A program made the position numbers and the translations under genes. Below the pieces are notes generated by a model. The model was not told the DNA's origin. It did no database searches and saw only the letters and a list, made by a program, of their open reading frames with translations. Shown here one piece after another: positions 1-25,494 of a stretch of DNA of 64,000 nucleotides. How positions within the stretch are numbered: the first letter of the stretch is position 1; each line of letters begins with the position of its first letter. This DNA comes from Trichoplax sp. H2 (taxonomy: Eukaryota): NCBI GenBank assembly GCA_003344405.1, contig NOWV01000206.1, forward strand, positions 1-64,000, in the 5' to 3' direction.

Positions 1-1197
1 TGAAATTAATAGTTCTAATAGGGAATGCAAATCATCTGCTTACAGTTCGAATCATTGTGATTGTAATTTACTTATAGTAGACTGTAAATTATCATGGAAA
101 TGTTCCGTGATAGGACATATCGTAATCTGACTATTCTGTATTAGTCATTATATGTCTATGTTCATAAATACTGTTGTCTGCATTAAGGGAGCAGTAGCTA
201 AAATTAATATCTAATTCAGTAAATGATTCTAATGTTAATTGTATTAGCTATGACTCATGAACTATTGAGGAATAGTATATAAATGCAGTATATCGTGAAA
301 TAAAGAAGAATTGTCCAACTTAGTGTTTAACGTAAAATACGAGGCGTTTAAGTCTTTGTGTAGTCTGCTAGTAGAGCAAAAGTATTTGTGATAGTGCAGA
401 TATCGTTCCTTGATACGTGGTTCAAGGAATTGACTTATTGATCGTATATTGCGTTATCTTGTTGCAAAGCTGTTTTGTGACAAATTCGTTAAACTGAAAG
501 TACTTGTCAATGTGACTGTTTGACTGCTGCACTGTAACCCAGTCTCATTCCTAATAATAAACCTACTATAAATTTGTTACCCTGCTAATGCTGAATATTC
601 AAGAAAGATTGCCGATCTCAAATCATTTTTAAAATTTAGTACCATCAATGATAACTGATAGGTCTATTTTCAATAGGTCAGTAGTACTATATTAATCAGT
701 ATATAACGAAAGGAAAGGATTTAGGAAAAACTACTTACGATATACAAGATAATTATGGTTAATAAATACCGTAAATAGTTATTTTCGAGCATGCTATATT
801 GTATCAACAGGCTTTTTTGAACTCTATCATTGGACATGATAGCGTTATAATTCAGTGAAATAGAGTCTATTTCCTTTTAGAGGTCGATACCAGTGACTAC
901 TGTATTAGTCACAATACAACAGTTAAAACATAATTAGAAATTCGTCTATGATTTACCATTATGATTAGATGCATACGACATAATTATAAGAAGTAACTTT
1001 CGTATAAAACAAACATACACAATACAATAATGACTAGATGTGCCTAATACAATCAATAACAGAGATATAAAATCTACGTTTTAACCTTCAATGCGATCAG
1101 ACTAATTACATACTGTATATTATCCATAGAAAGTACAAAATTTTTAAACGTGTATTAATCCCTAGTAGATAAGGTGCGTCCTTTTATTAACATGTAA

Positions 1198-13739
<12,542 letters not shown>

Positions 13740-14008
13740 TCGCTCAATACCTTCTCGCCACTAGCCAACCGCTATCTAATCCGAAGTCAGTTTATTATTA
13801 TTATTATCCACTGATAACGATGCCGCTGAGTGAAGTCAATGGTCGTATGAATGGAATTGGATGAATTCAGTCTATTCGAGTCAGCTTTCAACGTTAAATG
13901 TTCTATCCCACGTTCCAATGGTAATTATCCCTTTTGCTCCTTCCTCCTAACCATCCAATGGATATAGTGATGCACAAGACCTTGTGTAACGGATAATTGC
14001 ACACTTTC

Positions 14009-14014
14009 CACGTG
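14009..14014. promoter_or_regulatory. Canonical E-box CACGTG about 270 bp upstream of the CAD start codon (candidate Myc/Max site)
   Basis: ttcCACGTGtg is seen directly. CAD is a known Myc target in mammals. Function here is inferred. Confidence 0.4.
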
Positions 14015-14149
14015 TGCTGGATTCAAAGTCGGGAACTTTTCAAGAGTCCACTTTTCAATCGTCCGTCTTCGCGCATTTTTCGAGAATAATAGCGATCTAT
14101 ATTAAGAAGTAGGAAACAGGCCCACCAGTCTGAGTCAATGCTCACCAGC

Positions 14150-14380
14150 TACGGACGTATAGTACGTACGGTACGTTTGTATTGTACTGTACTGGACTGA
14201 ATCGGTATAAAAGGCTAAAGGCAATACAATAGGTACAGTAGTACAGTTCAGATAGTCATAAATTAGCCTACAGTATAACGCCTGACTAGACTACAGTACG
14301 ACTGAGCTACTGTACGAATAGAGCTGTTAATTGAAGTTCTCCATAATGGCGATGATGGTGTATACTGTACTGTACATACT
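14150..14380. repeat. CAGTA/TACTG-rich low-complexity tract upstream of CAD
   Basis: Repeated gtactgtactgg, ggtacagtagtacag, ctacagtacg and tactgtactgtac words. Confidence 0.6.
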
Positions 14381-15305
14381 AAATTGGTCTAATTTAGTCG
14401 TGACATTACGTTTTCATATCATTTCAATCGTCGTCGATTTTTTATGAGACACCCTGTATATTACATATATATATACTGTATTTTGATACTGCCAATTAAT
14501 GAATGAATTCTGCTTTTCAGTAGGGATTGCTAGGGAATGATGAAGGATTATAACACATCCTTTTTGTTATGTAGTCAGTGGCATACTGTACGTATAGGTT
14601 AGAATCCCTTTTCTGAACAACGCTACAGTAAAAGATGCGATTGAAGTCGTGCTGTGTCCTATTTTGGTTCCTGATGACTGATCAGTGGTGACAGTACAAC
14701 AATATTTGATCATAACAAGGTTAAGTAGAATGACTCATTTGTGTACAGGATTCCTCCACACTTTAGCAAAGATGGCTTATGCCAACTTGAACACCATAGC
14801 AATTCACACTTTAAAATAAGTAACTTGATTATTAATTATTAATAATGCTATGAAGTCTCACCTATTCTAAACTTTGACTGACACAGCAATCATCATTATT
14901 CATTTTATGATTGTCCGTGCATTATATTCAGTTACTGTAGACCATTTTCTCGCCATCAACGTGTATGATACCGTTTCCTTTATACTCTCGACTTCGACCA
15001 ACACCAACGATGACTGATAGATAGAAGGTGATTGCGATTAGACTAACAGTGAATAAATAAATTTGAAAAAATTTTTATCACCAGCCGAGGTACAAACGAG
15101 TTCATTGTACCTTCTACAGTAACGGGAAGGCTTCTACTGTCCTGTACGATTAATAATATGTTAATGTACATATACAGTACAGTATATAGACGCGTACAGC
15201 GTTAGATCGCATTGATTGCTTTAATAACGACTATAACTGTAATATACTGTATAGCATTATGGAAATGAGTTGATTAAATCACGCTCAATGAGTAAATCAC
15301 AATCC

Positions 15306-15590
15306 AATGAGCCCAATTCCACGTGCCTTTCTGCTGATAGACTCTCTCTTCAAACTAATAGAATTTATCACGCTGGCAAATTTGGCACCCACCCTGTTAA
15401 CACTTAATAAAAAGAGGCCGATATTTCAAATGAGCCCAATTCCATGTGCCTTTTAACTGATTTACTCTATCTTCAAACTAATAGAATTTATCACACTGGC
15501 AAATTTGCCACCTTCCCTGTTTAAAATATCGACCGCCACAAGTGTTAATAGGGCATGTTTACACTTGTGACGGTCGATATTTTAAATGAG
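15306..15590. repeat. Degenerate ~125-bp tandem repeat (2 copies plus a partial) ending in a 26-bp-arm inverted repeat
   Basis: aatgagcccaattcca(c/t)gtgcc...cttcaaactaatagaatttatcac(g/a)ctggcaaattt occurs near 15306 and 15429. Arms 15520-15545 and 15561-15586 are reverse complements at 25/26 positions. Confidence 0.85.
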
Positions 15591-15659
15591 CTCTTGAAAT
15601 TCTCAAGGCTCGCACTTTCACATTTTCAATGCGTAATTGCAGTCGCTAGGCATGACGTG

Positions 15660-16112
15660 TATCACCAATATACTGTACTGTATGTACTGTATGTATACAC
15701 TGGTGCTAGACTGCAAGTGGTGGTTGATCAAGTGTGATATTCTCTTTCAAAGGAATAACCGCTACTGCATGCAACCGTAACTCATTACTATCTAATTCAT
15801 TAATTTATTTAGATTTATTTATTTGCAATTAGAGTAAATTGATGCAGAGGCAATAAGCGACAGGAATTGCATATCTTACTTTCGTGGCTTGAACTACAGT
15901 AGGTAGATTACGTACACCGTCAGTATGGAGTGGGTATGGTGGTTTCAGCGTTTAATACTCGTACAGTATACACATTGTACAGTCAGTACTGCTCTACTGT
16001 ACTGCACAGTACTGTACAGTACTCGCACCATACTCGTACAGTACTGTACTAGACACTGTCCACCTGCCGATGGTTTGTACTGTAGCGTACAGTGGGTAAT
16101 ACTGTACTGTAG
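15660..16112. repeat. CAGTA/TACTG-rich tract upstream of CCDC25
   Basis: Dense tactgtac, gtacagta and cagtactgtacagt words. This tract explains the spurious YST/VQY-rich ORFs at 15925 and 15945. Confidence 0.7.
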
Positions 16113-16228
16113 TTCATGCTGTGTTATTAATCGACCATCGTTTCCAAGACGTGAAGGAAAACTTCCATCTAGTTCTACTATAGCTGTAGTTTGTAGTTGG
16201 TAATTAGAACATTGCAGAATCACACGTA

Positions 16229-19200
16229 ATGGTGTTCTACTATCTAAGCACAGGTGAGAGATATTGCATTGCGAGAGAGCGCACTTCAAATAAACGTTTA
16301 GCGCCATCTTCCATTATAATTATTAGAGCATCTCGTTGTCTTGCAGATTGATTGAAAGGACACCATGCAATTGACCTATAATTAGAATATTAAAACATAC
16401 ATTCCAATTGCTCTTAATGCCCTTACTATTACAGTACAAGCTCAACCAGGTGATCATAGTGACATACTGTACAGTAGATTAACAATGATATTTTACAACG
16501 TTAAAATATCCCTTTCTAGTAACATCATTGAAGTAGTGATTCCCATGGTAGAAGTAAGGTTTACAGTTTGCAAGAACTCTATTGATCATCAGGTTGATCG
16601 CTATTGGTTGATTCTGTGATAGTACCATACAGAAATTGAGCAACTTCAAAATGGACCCTTTTAATATTAGCAATGTTCTATGTACACTTAATAATACTGA
16701 CTATATTAGTAGAAAAATCGACGTGAAAATGATCCATTCGCACAGGAAGATGATCGTACTGTAGGCCCTGGATGCCGCATTAAAGTAAAAATTAATTTTG
16801 GAAGTACTGAAATTATAACTAAGATACCATAACTTTTCGTGTTATACACTCAACATCATCGATTAACAGTGCACGCCTTTAATCTGCTGTATTGAAAATT
16901 GTAATATTGAAAAGGAAATAGCTAATAATTATAGGCATATCTACTGTCACGAAAGATTGGAGTTTACACAATAATTTATCAATTATAATCGTTCGTTTTT
17001 AATAATGTACTAACTATATATTAATAACAACTGTGATGATTAGCAATAGATCCATCGTGTACCATTTACGTTGGAAGAGATAAATATGAAAGTAAGTTTG
17101 ATGCTCACCAATCCTCTGATTTTAATGAACTAAATGGTAGTCTAGCACACCCATGTCATAGAGCAATGATTTCTTTATGTTGTTCGTATACTGTACGTAA
17201 CCTTATTGAAAGAGTTCTGTATTACGGTGTATACTTATGAATTTTGAGCTTATAGCATGTATAGTAAACAGCTTATATATAATGATTAATACTGAAACTC
17301 TCATACGTGTTTTAGGCTTCTTTTACATCATTGTAATGTTGCTGTTTCTAACAAGAATGCAACATTGCTAGCGACCAGCTACAGTGTTTACAGTAGTTGT
17401 AACATCGCAACACGTCAGCAGCCTCATCTAGTACAGTTTATATCATTCAAAAAGTTATTCATAATATTTTATATGTTTACTGTATTAGCTCTTTTCTTCA
17501 AGCATAGCTTGAAAACCCTATCACACAATTGATATTGCAGCTAATTAGACTCGTTATCACAGTGTGCGATAATAACCTCCCTTACTATTATACGTTGCTT
17601 TTCAAACTATAGATGAAGAATTATTAAAGTATGCTTTTGCGGAAGATGTATGGTAGGGGTTTGGCTTAATTAATCTTTTAATTATCGCATAATATCTATT
17701 GACTTTTAATGCATGTAATTATGCAATAAAAAGTTTTACTAGGACTTAATTTGAATTATTGCATCTGGTGAAGTTATAGAATCGATTTCTGTATACGACT
17801 CTGATTAGGTTTCACGTGGATAAATTGTCTTCTGCACATGTATACTTGAGGATGCCTAAAGTAAGTACAACACATTTCTGCTAGAGTATAATAAAGTAAA
17901 TGATTTTTACTATATTAGAAGACATATGTAGATAGATAAGATCTTACTAAGCGATTGCATGTATCAAAACCCCAATTTTAACTTATCCGTTCTTTATTAT
18001 TAAATACTTGTATATTAGGAGAAAATTTAAACCAATACACTAGAGATTTTTGTATTGTTGTAGTCAATACTTTATTTATTTAATGCTGCCAGAATATTTT
18101 ATAACCCAAAGACAATCCTATTCGTTCTACAGTTAGTTTTTTATTCACTACGCTCATGCAGCTGTATTATACTACGCCACATAACGCCAATTTATCTATA
18201 CACACCACTGCTGTACTTTGTAACATTTACTGAAATATAGTAAATTACCAACTCTAAGTAGCTCACTTGGTCAATGACTTAATGTAGGACATGTCAATCG
18301 ATTCAATTCCAACCGCTTTGTTACATGACTGTGCACAGTTGGTCAAAGCAAACAGTATACAAGGTAATATTGGCAAGGTTACGTTTGCGCTACGATCTTA
18401 CAATTTACTGCAAATCCAGAGATCTTCAAACAAGATATGTTTATGCGTTTTAATGTTGGCTTTTGTAGGTTGCAAACTAAACAATGTCAAAGTGGTTTAC
18501 ACACCAGCAAGTAACATTAAAAAAACCGCCGATATGGAAGTTGGCCAAGTCGGGTTCCATAAAAGTAAAGAGGTATGGGTCTTTATCTGAAGGGTTAATC
18601 ATCGCTGTTACTGTTTGATTACTTGATACAGTATCCATAATTTATAAATGTAAATAAGGAAAAAACCATACTAATGAGATACGCGTATATATGTATTATA
18701 ATCATACACTGACACTTGAAAGATAAAATAACTTGTCTTTACGCATAAACTGCTTTCACAAGGCTCTCACAGTCTTGATTGATTACCCAGGTTCGACTAA
18801 CTACCGTGGATAAAAAAGATAATGCAATTATAAATAGATTAAATAAAACAAAATTGGAAAAATACCCTGATTTAGCCGGCGAACTTCTACAGCGAGAGAA
18901 GGAGGAACGTGAGGAAAGGAAGCAATTACTAAAGGAGCAGGTTTGTGACTTTTAATGACATTTTCGTGTGTGTTCATGTGGCAAATATGCTATACTATGA
19001 TTTCATAATAAAAATTAACGAATTTCGCTCTAGAGCAAAATACAAAAAGAAGAAATACTAAAGAGACAGCAGGAACAAGAAATAAGGTAATTGTCCTTGC
19101 TTGTCGTTCAATTGAATGTACAGCTTGAAAATGGTCGGCATGCCTTACCTCTATGATTTTATGTGCCAGAGTATTCTAATCGTATGTCAGGCCCTATCTA

Positions 19201-19481
19201 ATCAATGTTGTACTCTGCCGTCTTTGCATAAGTCTGTATTTATTTAGCTGATTCCGATATAATATTTCAATCGCTTAGATCGTATAGTAGCTTGATGAAA
19301 ACGGAAAATATGACAACTAATGCCGTAAGTTGAAATAAACTATACGTAAATTATATCATCGATAGCCAATATTCTAATATAGCATGTGTATTGCGCTACT
19401 AAGTTATCGGATCCGCCTTCGCTAAGCAATTTCATTCAAATTATATTTCAGGAGGCAGAAGATGACGACGATTTTATGTAA
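16229..19481 (+). CDS. CCDC25: Coiled-coil domain-containing protein 25 (NFACT-R/DUF814 domain), 10 exons
   Basis: The spliced protein reads [115 protein letters not shown]...[25 protein letters not shown]. It matches CCDC25 motifs end to end. ATG 16229, TAA 19479-19481. Confidence 0.95.
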
Positions 19482-20712
19482 TCGAGATATCACCTATCTC
19501 CATATTTAACTCTACGCTAAAACAATTTGAAAGAGCTGACGAGAAATAGTAGTGAATTTACGTAATTACTAACGTTGCGGAGGTCAGATACCGTCCTGCA
19601 GTGTCTTAACCGGACAAAGAAAACATACTTGATAAAATAATTTTAATATCGATCCATTTATTACTGGAAGCAGCAAAATTTCGACTCAATACAAAGATTA
19701 CGTAAATAGTACTACTGTAAGTTTAATTTAATCATAACATAAAAATGTACATGTCCACACGTATTCATAGCATAATCGTAATACTGGAAGTCATAAAAGG
19801 GCAAAGTGTAATTTTAATACATAAAATAAAGCTTGAAAGACAAAAATTGATCCGAATAAAGTTCATACATTAATTTGTACAAAACATTGTTATAGTTATA
19901 GTTTCACATTGACCCAATCTTATTAGTTGGATTTCACGTACAAACGATATACGGTGCAAGTTATGATATACGTAATAATTTAACAATGTTTTACTTACAG
20001 TTAGTATATAAATTAATTTTAGTGATTACGAGGAAGCACAACAACTTTAGTTGCAACGTTTCTAAAACATTGCTACTTGGATGACATGTCCTATACAGTA
20101 CTTGTAAACTTTTAGTTTCTACAATTCAAATGGAGTTTAATATATATGAAACGTAAGCTAACTTTGTCAGTATCTTTCAATGAGTACAATAGTTGTACGG
20201 TACATCAGACAGCCTTTCTTTTGCAGGCCCTAAATGATAAGCGCGTCGCTAGTTGGATACGATCCATTCCTTTAATTCGTGAACGAGTTTTGTGATTGCT
20301 TATCACTCTGCATGCAATGAACATTAGTACTTTAAAATATGGACAACAAATGATAATTTCAACTTCAAAGGCAATGAAACCAGATCATTTAAAAGGCTAC
20401 AAAGGGGGCCTTTTACTGCATGACTAAAAGCACTTGTGCCACTAAATGGAAGTGGAAGTAAATACCATCAACTAAAAGCAGCCCTACCAAGCCTAAGTCT
20501 ACATTAATCTACAGTATGATATGCTTATGTACAAATGGGTGCTATCAAACACTTAAAAATGCATACTTCTACTGTACTGTACCCAGGGTTTTAATGACTA
20601 CGATAAAAAGTATCAAAGGTACTATTTATACAAAATGTCTCGAAGCGTAGGATCAATAAACCGCCACAGACATATATTAGTTAAACGGGGCCATAGACAT
20701 CAACAGTCTTAA

Positions 20713-22577
20713 TCACCGCTTCCTTTTAATCCCTGGTGACGAGGGTTGAGGAGTAGAAGCCTTAGCTCTCTTTCGTGCAGGTGAACTATCTATAAAGAAA
20801 TAAGACAACGTTTACTGCTCATCTAATATGTGTTAAGCTGTGACATATATTTTTCTAAAGAAATGAAACGAACTTTTTCTACTTAAGCCTATTGTTGTAT
20901 AGGAAATTACTTTCTAGCTAATATGAGTGGGCAGACAATGATAATAAGCTTATACACTTACCGTCATCGACAATAGGAAGAGCACTCTCTGAGATGTAAT
21001 CTTCCGGGAGTGAAAAGTCAACTTCTTCAGTTGGCATGGAATAAATCTCCATTTCATCCTAAACAATTGCATATCAAAAGTACTTATAATAAAGTCTATA
21101 TACACTCTGCTCTATAAGAGCCATACTTAGTATAACGAAAACGTTCTACGGAGTACAGATATCGTAATAGTCATGGTAATTTTATGCTAATGACGTTGCT
21201 ACCGCAGGAGATATTATTACAAGTACATTGCTACTCGATATTAATTAAAGTATAATGTTAAGTAATAAGACCAAAGCTCTAGCAATATTTACAGTTGTAA
21301 GCTTGTTACTACTTATAAGATCGATAGTAATTATCCTTGTCAATAAATGTTCCACTTTTCAATATCTTGCAAACGATCACGATTTCTATGCAGTACCAAA
21401 CGGAAAATAATTGTATCATAAGTTCATACTTACCAATGCTGCAAGATCATACAGAGTATTCAAATGATCCCATACAGACTTCACAGATAAGTTTTCTCCT
21501 GTTAATTCTTGAAGGCGTTGATGAATAAAAGCCATTTGAAAATGTTTATGAACTCCTACAAAGTGGTATTATTTATTTACAGTTTAGTAATGTAGCTCCT
21601 TGGATTAATTGTAATGCAGGTCTGCCCAGACATAACCAGATATTGAAAATAATAATAATAATATAATAGCACCATTTAGAAGATTTTAAGAATGAAGTCC
21701 TGCTCGCAATCATTTGTAAACAAGGCCATACTGCCCATGTAGCAGTACACAATCAGTGTAATCTATGGTGGAATTTTCACCGAATAGTAAGTCTTACAAA
21801 TACCGTTAGAAGATAGAATTTAAAGTAAAAGCCTTCACTTGGGTCAGACACTTGCACATTAAGTTTTGTATTTTGAAGGCACCTTTTACACTATACGCGG
21901 GCTGTATCATGAATATAATTTACTATAGATTCATTCTAAATTGAGATGTGTTGAACATACAGTCTGATGCAGACTACATCGAAGTATATCACGTACTTGC
22001 CATAAATTAAGACTAGAAAGAGGTCAAAGTTAACGATGACGATAATACTGTAAGGACTCTGCAGTGCTCTTATTTAGAGCTCGAGGAAATTATGTCTTAG
22101 ATTTAAGATTTTATTGTACTGTACTGTACTAATGGCAATGTCTATTGAAGGTATAGCAACTCATGGGGGTGGAAATACTGCACACAAGCCCAAGTCCTAG
22201 AGAAAGTGACTGCATACTATCTATGATCATTTGAATATCGACACTAAATTATGGTTAACAGCAGCATTCCGGCGAGCCTTGGAACAGTGAAGTGCATTAG
22301 ACAGTAATGGAAACGTTCAGGGAAACATTCATCAATTTACTGTCCCGTACAGTATCCTCAGCGTGTTGTACAGTACAATAACTGTACATGCCAATTTCGG
22401 AAGTTCAAAGGCCTTGCCTTTTTTTTAACTTGTTAATATACGATAATGCCATTGCATTAGCTTTCGAATGTTGGAAATTCGAGCTCTAAAAACTCGCTTA
22501 CCTACTGGCTTGTGTCCTTTCATTGCTCTAAAGAGTTTAACTTCCATATCTGCTGTCCACGTTGCCTCGGTGGCCAT
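20713..22577 (-). CDS. MRGBP: MRG/MORF4L-binding protein (Eaf7 family, NuA4/TIP60 subunit), 4 exons, 123 aa
   Basis: Exons 22502-22577, 21434-21555, 20962-21058 and 20713-20789 give MATEATWTADMEVKLFRAMKGHKPVGVHKHFQMAFIHQRLQELTGENLSVKSVWDHLNTLYDLAALDEMEIYSMPTEEVDFSLPEDY...SPGIKRKR*. The Eaf7 motifs HKPVGxxKHF, WDHLxTxYD and FxLPE are present, phases are consistent, and there is a basic C-terminal NLS-like tail. Not in the ORF track. Confidence 0.92.
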
Positions 22578-22623
22578 GGTTGAACCAGCCAGCAATCACC
22601 GAGCAAATTTGTGCGTTGAGCCT

Positions 22624-24171
22624 ACAACTTGTCAAGAGAGAATTTCTCTCCGACTGTCCAAGTCGCTGAGCAAACTATACGTGAACGGTACATGAATGTA
22701 CTGTAATACGAGAAAACTTTCTTTGCTGAATTTGCTAGAGTTACAGTACTGTGTTATGCTGTACATTGTACTGTACACTGTACTGTACAGTCGGAAGAGT
22801 TGGCATTTAGTTGTACTGTACTGTACGTATGGTACAGACGTACAGACTACAGATTTTGCAGCACAATTGTACAGTACTGTAATGTACGAGTTACAGTACA
22901 GTACAGTACAAATACAGTACAGTACAGTACAGTACAGTGTACAGTACTGTACAGTACTGTACAGTACAGTACTGTACTGTACTGTACAAGTCCCTGGTTA
23001 CAGTACAGTACTGTACTGTACTAGTGTACTGTACGAGTGTACGTATGGTACAGACGTACAGACTACAGATTTTGCAGTACAGTACATTGTACAGTGTACA
23101 CTGTATACTGTACAGTTGTACTGTACGAGTTAAAAATATTAACAGTCGGTAAAGCGCGGTACAGTATACTGTACAGTACTGTACTTTACACTGTACATAG
23201 TGTACATGCAGGATACTAGCAACAGAATTTATATAGAATTGTACCTACTGTCTGCGTACAGTGTACAAATAATCTAAAACAAGGAATATTGTACTGTAAT
23301 TGTACTGTACAGTACGGCCGTATGGACAACGCGGTGTTGCCACAATTTCATTCTTGCTCCATCTTGTTTTGGAAAGGAAAAGAGTAGAGCTACGTTTTGT
23401 TCAATAAAATGGTTCGTATCGTATTCTNNNNNNNNNNNNNNNNNNNNACAACTTGTCAAGAGAGAATTTCTCTCCGACTGTCCAAGTCGCTGAGCAAACT
23501 ATACGTGAACGGTACATGAATGTACTGTAATACGAGAAAACTTTCTTTGCTGAATTTGCTAGAGTTACAGTACTGTGTTATGCTGTACATTGTACTGTAC
23601 ACTGTACAGTGTACAGTCGGAAGAGTTGGCATTTAGTTGTACTGTACTGTACGTATGGTACAGACGTACAGACTACAGATTTTGCAGCACAGTTGTACAG
23701 TACAGTACAGTGTACAGTACAGCAGAAGTCCCTGGTTACAGTACAGTACTGTACTGTACTGTACGTATGGTACAGACGTACAGACTACAGATTTTGCAGT
23801 ACAGTACATTGTACAGTGTACACTGTACTGTACACTGTACTGTACACTGTACAGTTGTACTGTACGAGTTAAAAATATTAACAGTCGGTAAAGCGTGGTA
23901 CAGTATACTGTACAGTACTGTACTTTACACTGTACATAGTGTACTGTACATGCAGGATACTAGCAACAGAATTTATATAGAATTGTACCTACTGTCTGCG
24001 TACAGTGTACAAATAATCTAATACAAGGAATATTGTACTGTAACTGTACTGTACAGTACGGCCGTATGGACAACGCGGTGTTGCCACAATTTCATTCTTG
24101 CTCCATCTTGTTTTGGAAAGGAAAAGAGTAGAGCTACGTTTTGTTCAATAAAATGGTTCGTATCGTATTCT
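22624..24171. repeat. Near-identical direct duplication (22624-23427 and 23448-24171) flanking a 20-N gap; contains long CAGTA/TACTG microsatellite-like arrays
   Basis: Both copies begin acaacttgtcaagagagaatttc and end aaatggttcgtatcgtattct. They differ mainly in the number of tacag units. N run at 23428-23447. Confidence 0.95.
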
Positions 24172-25494
24172 TAATGTAGGATGGATCAATTTAGGGATAG
24201 CTATAAGCACAGTATACGTATAGCATTAAATCCATTCTCAATGCTAGACCGTGAAATATTGTATCATCATCAAATCAAATAATCTTTTTTGAACATATTC
24301 TCAGAAACTGCTAAAACGCGTATTTCAATTAATTTAAATTATAGGGGGGTGGCGGAAAAAGATTCCCTTACCCACAGTACGTCTGGTCACCAGCTGGTGG
24401 ATGGTGGTGCAATCCTCGTAATTGGAAGCGTAATACTGCTCTTGCTACTGTAGCTGTTATTGGTATCTGTATACCTGCGTTCTGTTTGTCGGCATCCCGT
24501 GAAGTAAGGACTGCAGTAATCGATGTTTAACTTAACATTAACATAGGGTTACGCTAGATCAGGACCTTTTTGCAGCTTAGTTTGATCTCATTTAAAGTAG
24601 TATTAGCCAGAAGTATTTTATTGTTTAGACTCTTAAATTATAACTATTGGGTTCAAGTTGAATAGACAGACCAATGATAGCTTTATACCGTATCCTGTGC
24701 TAATGGGATTGATCCTAGCCTAAATTATGTCTATCAAATTCGTCAATTATATTATATAGTATTGATAGAATGTAATCTATGCGAGTAACAATTTCCTGAA
24801 CAAGCGCAAACGTTGGAATATCAACCTTATTCATGACTTTTAATCCTTGACTTATTTACTTCATCCCAGCTACTGTAGTTATTCCAGTAATGTGACCACA
24901 TACAACTGATGCCAGCACCGTACTATATCCCATGTAACCCATGCAACGTATAGTTTTAAGGTCCCAACTTTTAAATAAAAATTGCGCCCCTCTTAATATT
25001 TATTTCTACCACAATTTCCTACTTACATCAGCAATATCTGCATGTTATACGTGTATACAGTATTTGCCTTGCGATTCTACGTTTCCAGCATAAATGTTTA
25101 CGATGCACTTACGGTACTGAATGCAATTGAATGATGATTAGATATGTGATAGAAAAGGTACTTTTTTAACCGTATCGAAGAATCCTGATTCATCATTTCT
25201 GGTGTGCATTATCAATAAGTACAGTGACGATATTGTATTCTTTGAAGTATTGAATGATATGTTTTTTACACCTTCAGCGAATGGTACAACAACCTTACAG
25301 GCACGTTTTGTCCCAGAAATTTGCAAGGCATGCTAAGGTAACAAATATTTGTTGTATGTCATAGACTATACATAAGGGAGCTCAATAAAATTTTTGCATT
25401 AACGTCTTAACTTTTTTATGGTTTTATTGCCTATTTTTACCATCAGGAAGACGATCCGAGCTTGCCAGATTCTCACAGAGTATTCAAATGGTAA
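24153..25494 (+). CDS. Small single-pass membrane protein resembling the complex I accessory subunit family of fungal NUUM / plant KFYI-type (NDUFC1 position); 89 aa, 4 exons
   Basis: Exons 24153-24155 (ATG only; donor gttcgt), 24345-24503, 25278-25337 and 25447-25494, all phase 0, give MGGGGKRFPYPQYVWSPAGGWWCNPRNWKRNTALATVAVIGICIPAFCLSASRERMVQQPYRHVLSQKFARHAKEDDPSLPDSHRVFKW*. The signature MGGG..PYP..VWSxxGGWW..PxNWxxNT plus one TM helix matches the family as recalled. The ATG-only first exon is the least certain part. Confidence 0.8.

Noticed and set aside
15925..16307. ORFs of 92 aa (+) and 120 aa (-)
   Set aside because: Driven by the low-complexity CAGTA tract. The real CCDC25 start is at 16229 in a different frame.
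22696..24021. Several overlapping 60-148 aa ORFs rich in Y/S/T/V/Q/C
   Set aside because: They are translations of the CAGTA pentamer arrays, open in several frames, with no protein features.
22700..24060. Repeat array that could be mistaken for CRISPR (recurrent gtacgtatggtacagacgtacagactacagattttgcag blocks)
   Set aside because: Eukaryotic context, no unique spacers, no cas genes; half of the copies come from the gap-flanking duplication.
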